Shown in pieces: positions 50,191 through 63,215 of a DNA stretch of 64,000 bases. The translations under genes were made by a program, and so were the position numbers. Numbering within the stretch: the stretch's first letter is position 1; each line of letters begins with the position of its first letter. The stretch spans positions 146,508,001 to 146,572,000 of the forward strand of contig CM059431.1 of the NCBI GenBank assembly GCA_030390025.1, given 5' to 3'. The notes below the pieces were generated by a model that did not search any database, had not been told where the DNA came from, and worked only from the letters and a program-made list of their open reading frames with translations. Origin of the DNA: Squalus acanthias. Taxonomy: Eukaryota.

Positions 50191-52480
50191 GCTACTTCTA
50201 ACAACTGGGAGAAGGCGATTGAGAAGGATTCTTGCGATGACTTTCCCTGTGGCAGACAGCAGGGAAAGCCCTCTGTAATTACCACAATCGGACTTTTCAC
50301 CTTTCTTGAAGATGGTAACAATTACGAAGTCTCTGAGATCGCCTGGCATGCTCTCCTCCTTCCAGATAAGAGAAATTAGTTCATGAATTCGCACCAGTAG
50401 TGCTTCTCCGCCATGCTTTAGTGCCTCGGCAGGGATTCCATCTGTTCCTGAGACCTTCTTGTTCTTCAGTTGTCGGATGGCCTTTTCAACCTCATGCCGG
50501 TCTGGGGTTGTGCTGAGATGGTGGCGGGTAGCATGCTGCGGGATGGAGTTGAGGACACTCGCGTCGAAGACAGACTCTTGGTTCAGGCGATCTTCGAAGT
50601 ACTCCTTCCAGCGGGCACTGACTGCCTCTCTGACCTTGATGAGTACCTCTTCGTTCTTGGCCAGCAGTGGTGTCGGACCTTGGGTGCTTGGGTCGTAGGT
50701 GGTCTTGAGTGCACTAAAGAATCCACGCACATCGTTGTTCTCGGCTAGCTGCTGGATCTCCTCCAATTTCTCTTTTATGGTGAAGCCTACCCCATGGAGG
50801 CGGCGTTCTTCTTCAAGATTGCCTTTCCAGAAGAAAGTGTAGCCACCGCCTTGCTCCTTGAGCAGGCCTTCATTTATTGTGGCGACGTCAATGCCGAGAA
50901 GTCTGAGCTCTCGGGCAATGGTAGCATTACGGCATTACTGTCTGTCACTCATGCGGTTGTACATGAGGGTTCTGACTTTCCAGGTCCCGAACTTCATTTT
51001 AAAGGGTGAAAGATGCCTGTGTGTGAATTATTCTAACGTGGGGTGGCCGTTGCACACCAACTACCACACGGGCTTGACAGAGCAAGGTCTTGGTCCAATG
51101 GAAAGGGGAACCAAGACGATTGGAGACCAAGCTCTGCTACAACGGCCTCGCACACACACACCATCTGTTCTTTAGGTCGCGAGTTTTTTGTTGGACCTCG
51201 GCCTTCTGGCCTCTGTAGAGCTGCTTTCTTGTTCTCGAGTTCTGTTCTGATTCCAGATCAGGAATGCCTTGCGCTTGCAGCTTATTAGCTCCTGGATCTC
51301 CTGGTCATTCTCATCAAACCAGTCTTGTTGTTTCCTGGTCGAGTGACCGAGCGTCTCTTCACAGGTGTTGATTATGGAGGCCTCTTGTGCAGACCAGGTG
51401 CTGTGGACACTCTGTTTCTCTGCATCACTGGGAGTCGTTAGGTTGTTTGTGAGGCACAGGCTGAATAGAGTTTTCTTAGCAGGGTCTTTGCGTGCTCCAG
51501 CGTTGATTTTCCTGCGGCATTGTTTCTGTTGCCACCGCTATTTTGGGGCTACATTGATGGAGATCACAGAACGGATTAGGCGGTGGTCTGTCCAGCAGTC
51601 ATCAGATCCTGTCATGGCACAGGTGACGCATACGTCCTTGCGGTCCCTCGCTCGGACGATGACGTAGCCCAGCAGATGGCAGTGCTTGGAGCGAGGGTTC
51701 TGCCATGAAGCCCTGTACTTGTCTCTCTGATGGAACAAGGTTTTGGTTATGACAAGGCCATGTTTTAAGCATTTCGACAGAAGGAGCGTACCGTTGGAGT
51801 TGGCTTTCCCTACCCGCTCTCTGCCGAGCACACCTCCCCAGAGGTCTGTGTCCTATCCAACTCCGGCATTAAATTCGCCAAGGAGGTTCAGCTTGTCACC
51901 TGTTGGGACTCGGGACAGGGATTGTTCAAGGCTGGAGTAGAATTCCTCTTTGGTCTCGTCTGTGGCTTCCAGTGTTGGGGTGTACTCACTGATGACGGTA
52001 GTGCACTGGTTCAGGGCTAGGGTGAGCCGAAGAGTCATGAGGCGCTCGTTCATACCGCGAGGAGAGTCTCTGAGGCGCCCAAATAGTTCATTTTTTATGG
52101 TGAAGCCTACCCCATGGAGGCGGCGTTCTTCTTCAAGATTGCCTTTCCAGAAGAAAGTGTAGCCAACGCCTTGCTCCTTGAGCAGGCCTTCATTTATTGT
52201 GGCGATGTCAATGTCGAAAATTCTGAGCTCTCGGGCAATGGTAGCAGTACAGTATTACTGTCTGTCACTCATGGGGTTGTACATGATGGTTCTGACTTTC
52301 CAGGTCCCGAACTTCATTTTAAAGGGTGAAAGATGCATGTTTGTGAATTCTTCTAACGTGGGGTGGCCGTTGCACACCAACTACCACACGGGCTTGACAG
52401 AGCAAGGTCTTGGTCCAATGCAAAGGGGAACCAAAACGATTGGAGACCAGGCTCTGCTACAACGGCCTCGCACACACACA
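50191..52480 (-). mobile_element. RTE-clade LINE, 5' half, with an internal copy of its own 5' end
   Basis: MKFGTWKVRT start, NERLMTLRL, LLGEFNA, WTDHRL, GTDGIPAEALK, GNYRGLSLLS; 50773-51160 duplicates 52093-52480. Confidence 0.9.
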
Positions 52481-52559
52481 CAAACATACTTCCCTGATCT
52501 CCCCGCTTTTACATCCCATGGCATCACTATTATCAAGAGCCCTGCATACAACTCACACC

Positions 52560-54560
52560 AGAGTTTTTCATGCTTTGCTGTTCCTTAACTCTACGTTTGT
52601 AACGATGTCTCAGCAATGACTAATACATCATAGCTTTTAAGCTGAATTTGTGATTCTAAATTATATCTTATGCTACGTGCATTCATGTACTGAATTAAAC
52701 CTGCAAATATATAACAACAGATTGTCAACATTATATAGGTATGTAAATGAAAGAGATTAGCGAAAGTAAACGTTGGTCCCTGACAGGCAGAGACAGGAGA
52801 AATTATCATGGGAATAAGGAAATGGCAGAGACATTAAACAAATACTTTCTATCTGTCTTCATGGATGAAGACAAAAACAAAATTCCGAAAATAATGGGGA
52901 ACCACGGGTCTCATGAGAATGAGGAATGCAATGAAATTAGTGTTCTTAAAGAAATAGTAATTGAGATATTAATGGGACTAAAAGCGAGCAAATCCCCTGG
53001 ACCTGATGGCCTGCATCCTAGAGTTTTCAAAGTGGTGTCTGCAGAGATAGTTGATGCATTGGTTGTGATCTTCCAAATTTCCCTAGATTCTAAAATGGAC
53101 CCCGCGGATTGGACGATCTCACAGGTAATCCGGCCATTCAAGAAAGCGTGGAGAGAGAAAACAGTGAAGTATAGGCCAGTTTTAGCCTGACATCAATAGT
53201 TGTGAAAATGCTGGAATCTGTAATTAGGGGCGTAGCAACTTCGAAAATCATATTATGATGGGGCAGAGTCAACATGGATTAATGAAAGGAAAAACTTGTT
53301 TGACAAATCTAATAGAATTTTTTGAAGTTGTAACTAACAGGGTAGATAAAGGGGAACCAGTGGATGTAGTTTATTTGGCTTTAAAGAAAGCATTCGACAA
53401 GATGCCGCACAAGAGGTTATTACAAAAGATTTGGGCTCATGGGTTGGGGTAATATATTAGCATGGATTGAGCATTTGTTAAAAGACAGCAAACAGAGAGT
53501 AGGAATAAATGGGTCATTATCGGGTTGGCTGGCTGTAACTAGTGGGGTACCACAAGGATCAGTGCTTGCTCCTCAGCTTACTACAATCTACATTAAGGAC
53601 TTAGATGAGGGGACTGAATGTAATGTATCCAGGTTTCCTGATGACACAAAGTTAGTTGGAAAAGTAACTTGTGTGGATGAGGCACAGAGGCTGCAACGGG
53701 ATAGAGACATGTGAAGTGAGTGGGCAGGAGCAAGACAGATGATATTTAAGGTGGCGATATGTGAAGTTATCCAGTTTGGTAGGAAAACATAGAAAAATTG
53801 AATATTTTTAAATGGTGAAAGATTGGGAAATATTGGCATTCACCTGGCCCTGGGAGTCTTTGTACAAGAATCACAAAAAGTGAACCTGCATTTATAAAAG
53901 CAATTAGGAAAGCAAATGACATGTCAGCCTTTATTACAAAAGGATTGGAATATAAGATTAGAGTAGTGTTTCTGCAATTATATAGGGCCTTGGTGAGACC
54001 ACACCTGGAGTACTGTGTTCAGTTGTGGTCTCTTTATCAAAGGAATGATATACTTGCCTTAGAGGGTGTGCAACGAAGGTTTACTAGACTGATTCCTGGG
54101 ATGGGGCGTTGTCCTGTGAGGAGATATTATGTAGACCAGGCCTATATTCCCTAGAGTTTAGAAGCATGGGTGGTGATCACTTTTAAAAGCATCTAATTCG
54201 TAAAGCGCTTTTCAGGGTAGATGCTGGGAGGATGTTTCCGCTGGCTGGGGAATCCAGAACTAAGCGTCTCTGTCTTAGAATAAGCTGTCGGCCATTTAGG
54301 ACTGAGAGCAGCAGACATTTCTTCACTGAAAGTGTGGTGAATCTTCGCAATTTTCCACCACAGAGGGCTGTGAAGGCTCAGTCGCTGAGCATATTCTGGA
54401 CAAAGATCAATAGATTTTTGGATACTAATTGAATCAAGGGATATGGGGATAGGGCAGAAAGCTAGAGTTGAGGTAGAAGAACAGTCATTATCGAATTGAA
54501 TGGCGGAGCAGGCTCGAGGTTACGAAGGGCTTACTCCTGCTCCTATTTCTTATGTTCTTA
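52560..54560 (+). mobile_element. Decayed CR1 (with a short inverted endonuclease fragment at 52560-52740)
   Basis: [35 protein letters not shown]; 3' tail. Confidence 0.9.
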
Positions 54561-54671
54561 TTTTCTTACTTGTGTCCCCCAGCACGTATACCACTGGTGC
54601 TGCAAATCTTCTCAGTACTGTGTCCCAGCAGTACATATAACACATATAGAGTGCTAGCTTTGGTTCATACA

Positions 54672-55105
54672 GTGTCAGCTGTGGCTCAGTTGGTAGCACA
54701 CTCGCCTTTGAGTTAGAAGGCTGTGTGTTCAATTACCAGGGACTTGCGTGCAAAAAATTTAGGCTGACACTCCAGTGCAGTATTGAGGGAGTGTCGGAAG
54801 TGCCGTCTTTCGGATGAGACGTTAAACCGAGGCACCATCCGCTCTCTCAGGTGGACGTAAAAGATCCTATGGCGCTATTTCGAAGAAGAGCAGGTGAGTT
54901 TCACAGGGTTTCCTAGATAATATCTATCTCTCAATCAACATTATCTGGTCATTATCACATTGCTGTTTCTGGGAGCTTTCTGTGCGCAAATTGGCTGCCG
55001 CGTTTCCTACATTACAACAGTAACTACAATTCAATAGGTACATTTGTAAAGCGCTTTGGGACGTCCGTTGGTCGTGAAAGGCGCTATATAAATGCAAGTC
55101 TTTCA
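54672..55105 (+). mobile_element. tRNA-headed Deu-domain SINE (SacSINE1/AmnSINE-like core)
   Basis: A box tggctcagttgg, B-box-like gttcaatt, core gtgccgtctttcggatgagacgttaaaccgagg, L2-like tail gcgctatataaatgcaagtc. Confidence 0.8.
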
Positions 55106-56091
55106 TTGCTGCAAAACTGATCAGTCCCTGTCTCCCAGCAGTAGGTGTTCCACCAGAGCTGCAAAAGTAGAGTCATGGCCATTATTGCAGTAGTTGAGTC
55201 ACCGTCATTGCAACAAGAGTGGGGCCTCGAACAGGAATAGAATCAGCTATAGCAGCGGACGAGCATTGTCACCTCCGGTGTAACTGTAGGCACCTTATTA
55301 CCAGAAGAGCACGGTCATATCTAATGTATGTGTAGGGGTACCACTAGTACCATAGAAGCAGGATCACCACTGGTGTAATTTATGGAACCACTTGTACCAG
55401 ATGACCACGTTCACCACTCATTTAAGTGCAGGGCTCCCACTATTGCCGGAGCAGGATGTTCAAATCTCCTGTAACTGTAGATTGCCACTAGCACCGGAGG
55501 AGCACTTTCTCCACTAGTGTATGTGTAGTGGCCCCACCAGTACAGGAGTAGCACGGTCGACTCGAGTTTAAGTGTAGGGTTCCACGAGTACAGGAGTAGC
55601 ACGGTCACCTCTACTCGAGGAGTAGGTGTACTACAACTACAGGAGGAACACCGTTACTTTAAATACCGCAAGGCTGGGGTCATCACTAACATTACAAGAT
55701 TTGGTTCACCGCCTGTTCTGGAGGAGTTGGAGCACTGGGACTGAGTCAAGCGCAGGGTCAGGGTGTGAAGTGGATGGGGAGCTTCCTTCACTACTCCAGT
55801 GGGAATAGGGTCAGCACCAGTACTGCGAGATTACACTTTCTACTTGCATAGAATGTTTTTTGAAAATTTCTAATAAAAATGTCCAACATTTCTCTTAATC
55901 TGACGTATGAGACAAAAGAAAACATAACTGAGTCTATTTGTTAAATAACTGTAACTAATGCTAATTATGACTTAACCTGATTGACTCGCTGGAGGATTGA
56001 TGTGTGGATAAATATAGGTTCACTTCTATCGCCTCAGCCGTGCGCCAGTCAGAGTCCTTTAGCTCCAACAGAATTCATCCATTTTCAGGAT

Positions 56092-57524
56092 ATGGGGCGA
56101 GCAACTATTTTGCTGATAAAAGATATTTACTTCCCGATTCTCGCAGCCGTCGGTGTCCCCGGTGAGCCATTTTAACCTGTTTGTTGATAATCGGTGTTAA
56201 TTGTCTCTTTGTTATTTGTGCCTGATGGATAAGGTAACGCGTTCTCCGGTGTCAGCATTACACAGTCAGCAGTAATTTGATCTACTAGTGAACCGCCTAC
56301 CGCACTTCCGTGTCCCCCTTTATCTGATGATGTTAATGATGTTACAATGTTCTTTAAAGCTCCAATACAAGGATTTTAGCGGTTTTCCGGACAGTCTTAT
56401 CCCCCCGTGCAGAGTGAGCGCTGCAACAGCTCATTAAAATGTGTGGGTGGGTTTCCCAGGTAATGGGTCCAATACTAATCCTGTTCTCACACTGCTCCGT
56501 GTGGATAATCACACTGAATGGAGTAAAATTCTCTCCACAGGGATCTCCATATATATTTCAATCAGACACTGGAACATCATTTCTCTCCTCTCTCTTTCTT
56601 ACAGCGAACTTGGTGACAATTGTGATTCTCTCCCGAGGAAACTGCGGCCTTTCCAAGTGTATCTCTGTCTACATGGTGGCCATGGCAACAGCAGATCTAC
56701 TGGTCATGATCTTCAATGTAATGGTGTATTATATTTTCAGTTATCACTTTCCACTTTCATTCCTGTCGCAGACTCCCGTGTGTAAGTTCATTCTATACAT
56801 CACGGCTGTCACCCTCGAGTTGTCAGTTTGGTTCACCGTCACCTTCACATTTGACCGATTTGTAGTTATCTGCTGCCAGAAGTTTAAAGTAAAGTATTGC
56901 ACCGAGAGAACTGCAGTCGCGGTTGTAACAACGTTCTCTGTTCTGATCTTGTTAAAGAACATACCCTTTATATTTGCATATGAATCTCAGCAATTGATTA
57001 ACAAGGTGCAGTGGGGCAGCCGGTCAAGTGTGGCCTTCTTAACCTCACCTCCAGGTGCAGCGTACTTCTGGTTTCACACAGTCTGGGTATTTTAGCTTCC
57101 ATTTACTTTAATCGCCTTGTGTAATTCTTTGACAATCAGACGTATTTTAGTGGCCAGTAGAGCCCGCAGGGGACTCCGGGGTAACAAGAGTGAGAATCAG
57201 TGTGATCCCGAGATGGAGAACCGAAGGAAATCCATCATTTTACTCTTCACTATATCGGGCAGTTTTATATTATTGTGGCTGACAGTTGTCGTTAGTTTTG
57301 TAACTACCGGACTGACAAACCCCAATTATTACCGAGGCGACCGCACAAACCCAGCCTATATCGCCACTGAAACCGGAGCTATGCTGAAGCTTTTGAGTCC
57401 CTGTCTGAATCCGTCTATTTATGCAGCGACCCAGAGGAAATTCAGAGAAGAGCTGAAGAAGGTGCTGAAATCTCCCTGGACACTGATTCTAAGATTGGTT
57501 AAAAATGAAATAAATACTAACTAG
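56092..57524 (+). pseudogene. GPR139/GPR142-like class A GPCR; exon 1 56092-56161, exon 2 56605-57524; one in-frame stop
   Basis: GT-AG phase-1 intron gives GVPANLVTIVILSRG; MATADLLV, FTFDRF, ENRRKSIILL, LNPSIY; TAG at 57093-57095 in TM5; 329 codons. Confidence 0.88.
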
Positions 57525-58218
57525 AGCTGACTTCGGAACATTACAATTCAATTTTCGCTTATCATTGCAGCTTAGACTAGGGTTTCACTCCTTACAACTA
57601 CATCAAGATGGATCTTGTAAAATCTCACAGGTACGCAACTATATTTGTGCCCCTTGTGGAATTTAACCCAACATTGACACTGGGTTTCCACAGTTCGTTA
57701 ACTGTTGACTCCTGACAAATAAGGACATTCCGCCTTTAGTATCAAACGTGTCAGTGCTGAATGAAGTTTAATAATGGGTTGGGATATTTGCTCAAAGTGT
57801 TTAATATCTGACAGAGCGAGGACTGTAATTTAATTCTACCGAGTAACTGACAGGAAAATTCGCCAAATTTAGGATAACTTTCGGTCGTTTAGAAGTCCTG
57901 GTGACTTTACTTGCTCTAGCAGGTTTGCTGAAAATGTTGCTTGGACTGAGTGCAGTTGCACCGACCGCCTCATCCCGTCTCCTGGGAATAATATGCCACT
58001 GTCTCGTTCCCAGTGTCGCGATTTTTCACTATTTTTTGATTGCTAATTGACGTTGCGTCATTTTACCTGCTTTTTTCTGACGTTACGATTAATGAGAAAT
58101 AGTTGAAGGCTGCTCACCTACTTTAAAATAATGTTGTTATTTGCATTTACTAATTTTGTCATGGGGACGCTGAATACATTTAATCTGAATTAGCGACCTG
58201 GTCACACTGGTTAAGCTG

Positions 58219-58940
58219 TGTAAGAATTCATAATATCCTAAATAATGGGGGAAGTTATCTCAACGATCTGTACAATGAAATAGCCAGGTATTGAGTTGAA
58301 ACAATCCTCTGCCTGTGTTTGCACACAGGCAATAATATGTAATACCCCCTGCCGTTTACCAACTGGTGTTGACCAAGTATCCCCAGTGCAAGGCGGTGTA
58401 TTGGGAGTTCCGCCCGCCCCCACTGGGGACCTGGGTTTGAGAGCGTTGCTCGGTGAAAAGACATCAAATGAAAACTTGAGCCAATTAACTAACATTTTTT
58501 CCACCCTCCTGTTGTGCCTCAGTTGAAGCTGTTTTCCAATATAAGCAGTGGTGTTTGGGTTAGTGATTGGAAGATGTGGAGGACGGAATGCCCCTGGGAT
58601 TGGTGAAATCCACCGTTCACACTGCAGGATGTGTAAGATCAGCAGAGGAGATGTCGCGGACTTCTGCCAGTGGTGTAATCTTCAATATACCCGGTTACAC
58701 ATAGAATACAGCCAGCGCAGTGTCCACTCGATCTTTACACGCCTGCTGTGATTGATGGGCACCGCATATATTGGGTACACTGTTAGTTGAAATTTCATTA
58801 ATAAATCATTGGCTTGAATGTGTTTTATTTTGGACTTCCGGTTTGTATTTTTTTTGCGGTGTCTATCATCTACCGGGTGTTTGTAGTTCTCCTGATGGCG
58901 TTGTTTTCCGGGGCCGGAATTTCTGGACCGGAACACAAGA
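58219..58940 (+). mobile_element. Possible solo LTR (unresolved)
   Basis: Starts tgtaag; tataa near 58541; aataaa near 58800; no matching 3' inverted repeat or TSD confirmed. Confidence 0.25.
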
Positions 58941-59302
58941 GAAGGGGATGGTAGGTGGTAGTTCAGGTTAGAGCTCGACCCTTGCCTGTCTCTGATGGGC
59001 TCGGCTCCACAAGTAAAACATTAACTGAGCTCCGGGTTTGCTAAAGTGTTCCTAATTGTTACAGGAGTCGGCCTTGCATGTTATCGCGAATCTTCCGGTG
59101 TCCTGGTCAATATTTATTCCTGAACAAACATAATTACAACAGATCATTGGGGGTGCAATTCGACACGCAAGGCGTCGCAAACCAGACTACTCACATTTGC
59201 TGACCTATTTACGACAGGCCCCATATTCAGTTCCAATGAAATCAATGGAACTGAATATCGGGCCAAGCGTATAACAGGCGCTCGAAATGATACCGATCGC
59301 TT

Positions 59303-59782
59303 CCTCTCCCTTGTAATTGGACCATAGGATGGGGAAAATGATTGTCAGCAGTAATCACCAGCCCGCCGAAATAACTATAAATATAGACGATCGAGAGAAG
59401 AATTCAGGCAGTTATGGGCGAAGGCGTTCCCGAGGTGGCTACGGCCTAACACCTTTGTCAAGTTTAGCCTCTGATGTGGCTGACAGGCTAACACATCCAA
59501 CAGCTCGAGGGATGAACCAACGGAAGTGACCACTGCAGCAGACGGCAGGAATCCACCCAATCCGAGACCACCGTACAGTCTCACCGTCCGTCCGGTTGTT
59601 TCGTTCCATTCCAGGGCCGTAGATCATCCTCCTCTGTCATGGGTTGTATGTCTAATTTACATATCTTAACCACATGTAATATTTGATTATGCTTTAAACT
59701 GTAGCGCTTCAATAAAAAGCCTGACAAACTCTTAAACGCCTTTGGGTAATCTGCGTGTGTGACCTGTGATCCAAATCTTACA
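59303..59782 (+). repeat. ERV-B 5' LTR (U3 truncated)
   Basis: Aligns with 63516-63954; ends ccaaatcttaca. Confidence 0.9.
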
Positions 59783-59783
59783 G

Positions 59784-59801
59784 TGGTTTCAGAAGTGGGA
59801 T
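59784..59801 (+). promoter_or_regulatory. Primer-binding site, tRNA-Leu
   Basis: tggtttcagaagtgggat, 17/18 match to TGGTGTCAGAAGTGGGAT (complement of the tRNA-Leu 3' end), 1 nt after the LTR. Confidence 0.85.
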
Positions 59802-62379
59802 CACAGATTTGGGAGTTGTAAGGTTCAGGTTGAGGGGACTGGAGGGTATTGGTCAAACGCACGTGATCGTTGCTTAGACTGAGTATTTTTCTCTCTAAAA
59901 GAAGGGGGCGGGAAAGAGTGTGTTTTAAAGAAGAAACAGAAATACAATGGCGTTGGCATATCACCGGGAACAGTTGATAGATAGCCTGAAGGAGGTGAAG
60001 CTTAAATTGCAGGAGAGAGAGGTGTTGAGGTAGAAAAGGAAAATAAATCTGAATTGCAGTCTCACCAATCTGAAAACACAGCAAAGAAAGGGGTAAAAAA
60101 AAAGGGATTTGGAAAGCCAGTAAAAGCTGCTGAGAAACCGATTAAAAATGGGAGAAAAAAAGTGAAACTGAATGTTTTACAGACAAAGAAGTTATTAACG
60201 TCTGTGCGATACAAATAAAACACAAGATTTGCTGAGTGAAAGGAAACTGAAAAAATGCTGAAATTTCAGTTTGTGTGAAAGTGTGTGTTAAAATGTGGAA
60301 GTTTTCCTGACTATGAATGTTTAATAAGTTACAATATTCCTTTTCTCTGAAAGTCTGTCTTTAAAATAAAAAGTGTCTGTTATGTGTGTTTAACTCCACC
60401 CACTTCTGTGTTAAAAGCCGTTTAACCCTTTTGTCTTGTCTTGGATTTTGGAAGTTTTAAGAATTTGCGAATAAGATTGTGACCCCAGAATTGGCAAAAA
60501 AACTTTAAACTGCAATTTAATTTAAGCTGGTGTGGAAAAGCTGAGAAAAATAAAAAGTTTGTTTAACAAAAGATTAAGTTTCTTTCTAAGATTTAACCTT
60601 GTGTTTGCGGTAGCTATGTTGAAATTTTCCAAAGCTGTTTGATTTGATTTGTTTAAATGATAAAAACTATTTTTTCTTCCAGTTGTATTTAATGTTTTTA
60701 CAGTCAGTAGGAAAGGCATCAGAAGAAAGGACAATAAGAAATATGACGTACTTTACTGTTTTCTGCAAGCATGTGTTATTGTGTTTTGTTTTATCTGTTT
60801 TGTTCCTGTTTAGTTAATAAAATATTGATCTGAACTAAATTGGAATTATTAAGGGTAACTAAACTATTAAATTGTGAAAACACAACTGTCTTTTTCGATC
60901 GGGAAAGTTTTTCAAATTTACGTGAAATGACGCAATTGCGTGTGCCTAATAATGTTTTGCTGCACCTTCTTAAAAACCTGCAAATGAGTTAAACCTTTCC
61001 TCTGACAGCTGTTTTACTTAAAAAAGCAACAAATTTCGTATTGTTGAATGAAATTTAAAGATATTGAAAATTAGTAAATTAAATTTTATTAATTTTATAT
61101 TAATATTTCCCCACAGTGACAGAAGGAAAATTATGGTTTGTTAAATTAACCCATTGGGGTCTTAAGCACAGCCACAATGGATTCTCTTCTCTCTTTTATT
61201 ATATGGAAGTTACCTTGTAAACTAATTGTAGCACCTCTGTCTCTAATGTTAAAACACGGTGTAAACCACCTAGCCTGGGAATCACTTGTTTCTGAAATTG
61301 GAATTGACAAGATAAATTGATAGAAATGAAATTGAACATTGACAAAACCTGTCAGTTCAACAATACTGCTGTTTGGATTCAGGATAATTTTGAAATAACA
61401 AAACGGACTCAGGCACTATATATTGGGATAATTTTGAGAAAATAAAAAGTGTTAATAGCTTGGACCAATTGAGAACGCTTGATCTATGTTTTCTATCTTA
61501 AATATTGTACTGGTCAGTAAAGTTCATGCAGAGCTCATGAATGAGCAATGGATAGCAATTCATGGGATGTGTAAAATGGAGAGAGGAAGTGATTGAGGGT
61601 GTAAGATAGATGCAGGAAAATTACACTACCAAATGGGAATTTTCCAAACTTTGTAGTTAAACTCAGGAAAGTGTATCTACAATTAGTAAATTGGTAGCAT
61701 TCTCTTTGAGACATTTGAGTCCCTGCCTATAATGAACCTTTTAATAAAACTGAATTTGATAGTGCGGACATTACCCAAGACATCGGGACCATGCAGAGGA
61801 AGATGAGCAAAGATCTCCAGACGATTACAATCCATTGATACGTGAAAGCCGGGGAATGGCTTGTATCGGATGGCACGTATGGCAGAATATGGACTACCGA
61901 TTTGAGTGTGCAAATGTGATTTTTTACGGATGAAGCAGTTACTATCTGGAAAAGCGTGGTTAATTTGCACTGAAAAACGGGTCTCAGACATGCTCAACAG
62001 CAAGACATGAAATCGTTTACGTGGCTCAGGAGAGTGAGGCAACTTTTAAAACATTGACATGTACTCCATGGAGAAAATATCTAATTAATGAAACAATCAG
62101 AATACAGTTAAACACACTGGTACCTTATAGAGGGATTGTAATTGAAATTGAAGTGGAGAGTTACATGGAATTTGGATTGGGACAATTGGGTTAAGGAGAA
62201 ATCATGTTTAGTAAGAATTATCCACAACATGGATACGAGTAAGAGAGATCTAGAAAATTATTTAAGCCCATGATTTCTTGATTAGGTTTTAAACTGTAAT
62301 GTTGCTTAAAATGAATGTAAGACTGAATTTAACTGTGACTGTAATAATTGTGCTTTGTAGCTAACAGAGTGTGGGAAAA

Positions 62380-62880
62380 ACCAGTACAAATCCAGTATGA
62401 GGTGGTTTTGGTGGTGCCCCCAGTGTCACTACTGCGGCAACTACCATACTTTACGGATCTAACAGGACCTGTCCCATCAAATAAAACGTTTTCCTCAATA
62501 TCAAAACCTATGCTCAATTGAAACTGACAGTAAAAGAGATACTTAAGTATGAGCTGCACAATTATGTGGCACAATTCGGGTAATACATTTTCCTGTTGTC
62601 TGAGGGGATCAGTGAGCTCGTGATGCGACTGAACTCCTCCCTGAAGCATGTTTATGTTTTGGAGCAAGACAACTAGAGAATAGATATTGAAATTGATAGA
62701 ATAACGGACAACTCACACTGGTGGGATATTGGACTTAATACATCAGCACACCCTTAGGTTCGTATTATTTCACACGCTCTGATAGTTCTCCAACTTGTAA
62801 TGATAGTGTATTTGATATATATAACCTGTGTAGTAAGACATTGATATATAAGTCAATTGTGTACTCATGCCTATGACTAA
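62380..62880 (+). pseudogene. ERV-B env remnant
   Basis: IDRITDNSHWWDIGLNTSAHP*VRIISHALIVLQLVMIVYL near 62690-62815 aligns with the ERV-A env C-terminus; VVLVVP near 62402. Confidence 0.7.
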
Positions 62881-63215
62881 ACAGCACCAAAAATATAATT
62901 GAGCAAACTGAAAGAGAAGATCTGAAGCAACATAGAGGAGACCCCAGTCGGGGTATGATCAGGAAAGCTAGAAGAAACAGAGGATACCCCAGGCGAGGCA
63001 GAATTGGAACTCCGGAACTGGGAATTGAATTTGAGTGAGGGGTCAGACGTTGCCCTCCCACTCAAAACAATGGACTGTAAGGAAGGGGAAAATATTCATT
63101 TTCGAGAGTCCCTATTAACTAACGCCCAATTCAGAGATCAATAAAAATTAGCTAGATTATTCAAGAGTCGAATATAAGAAGTCAATAAGAATATTTCCTT
63201 CTCAAGGTGGGGAGA

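Noticed and set aside
56439..56604. N-terminus of the 218-aa ORF as GPCR coding sequence
   Set aside because: Intron read-through; splicing 56161 to 56605 gives the proper TM1
59222..59260. Hairpin atattcagttcca...tggaactgaatat as a terminator or ncRNA
   Set aside because: More simply an internal palindrome of a DNA-transposon fragment abutting the truncated LTR; no other support
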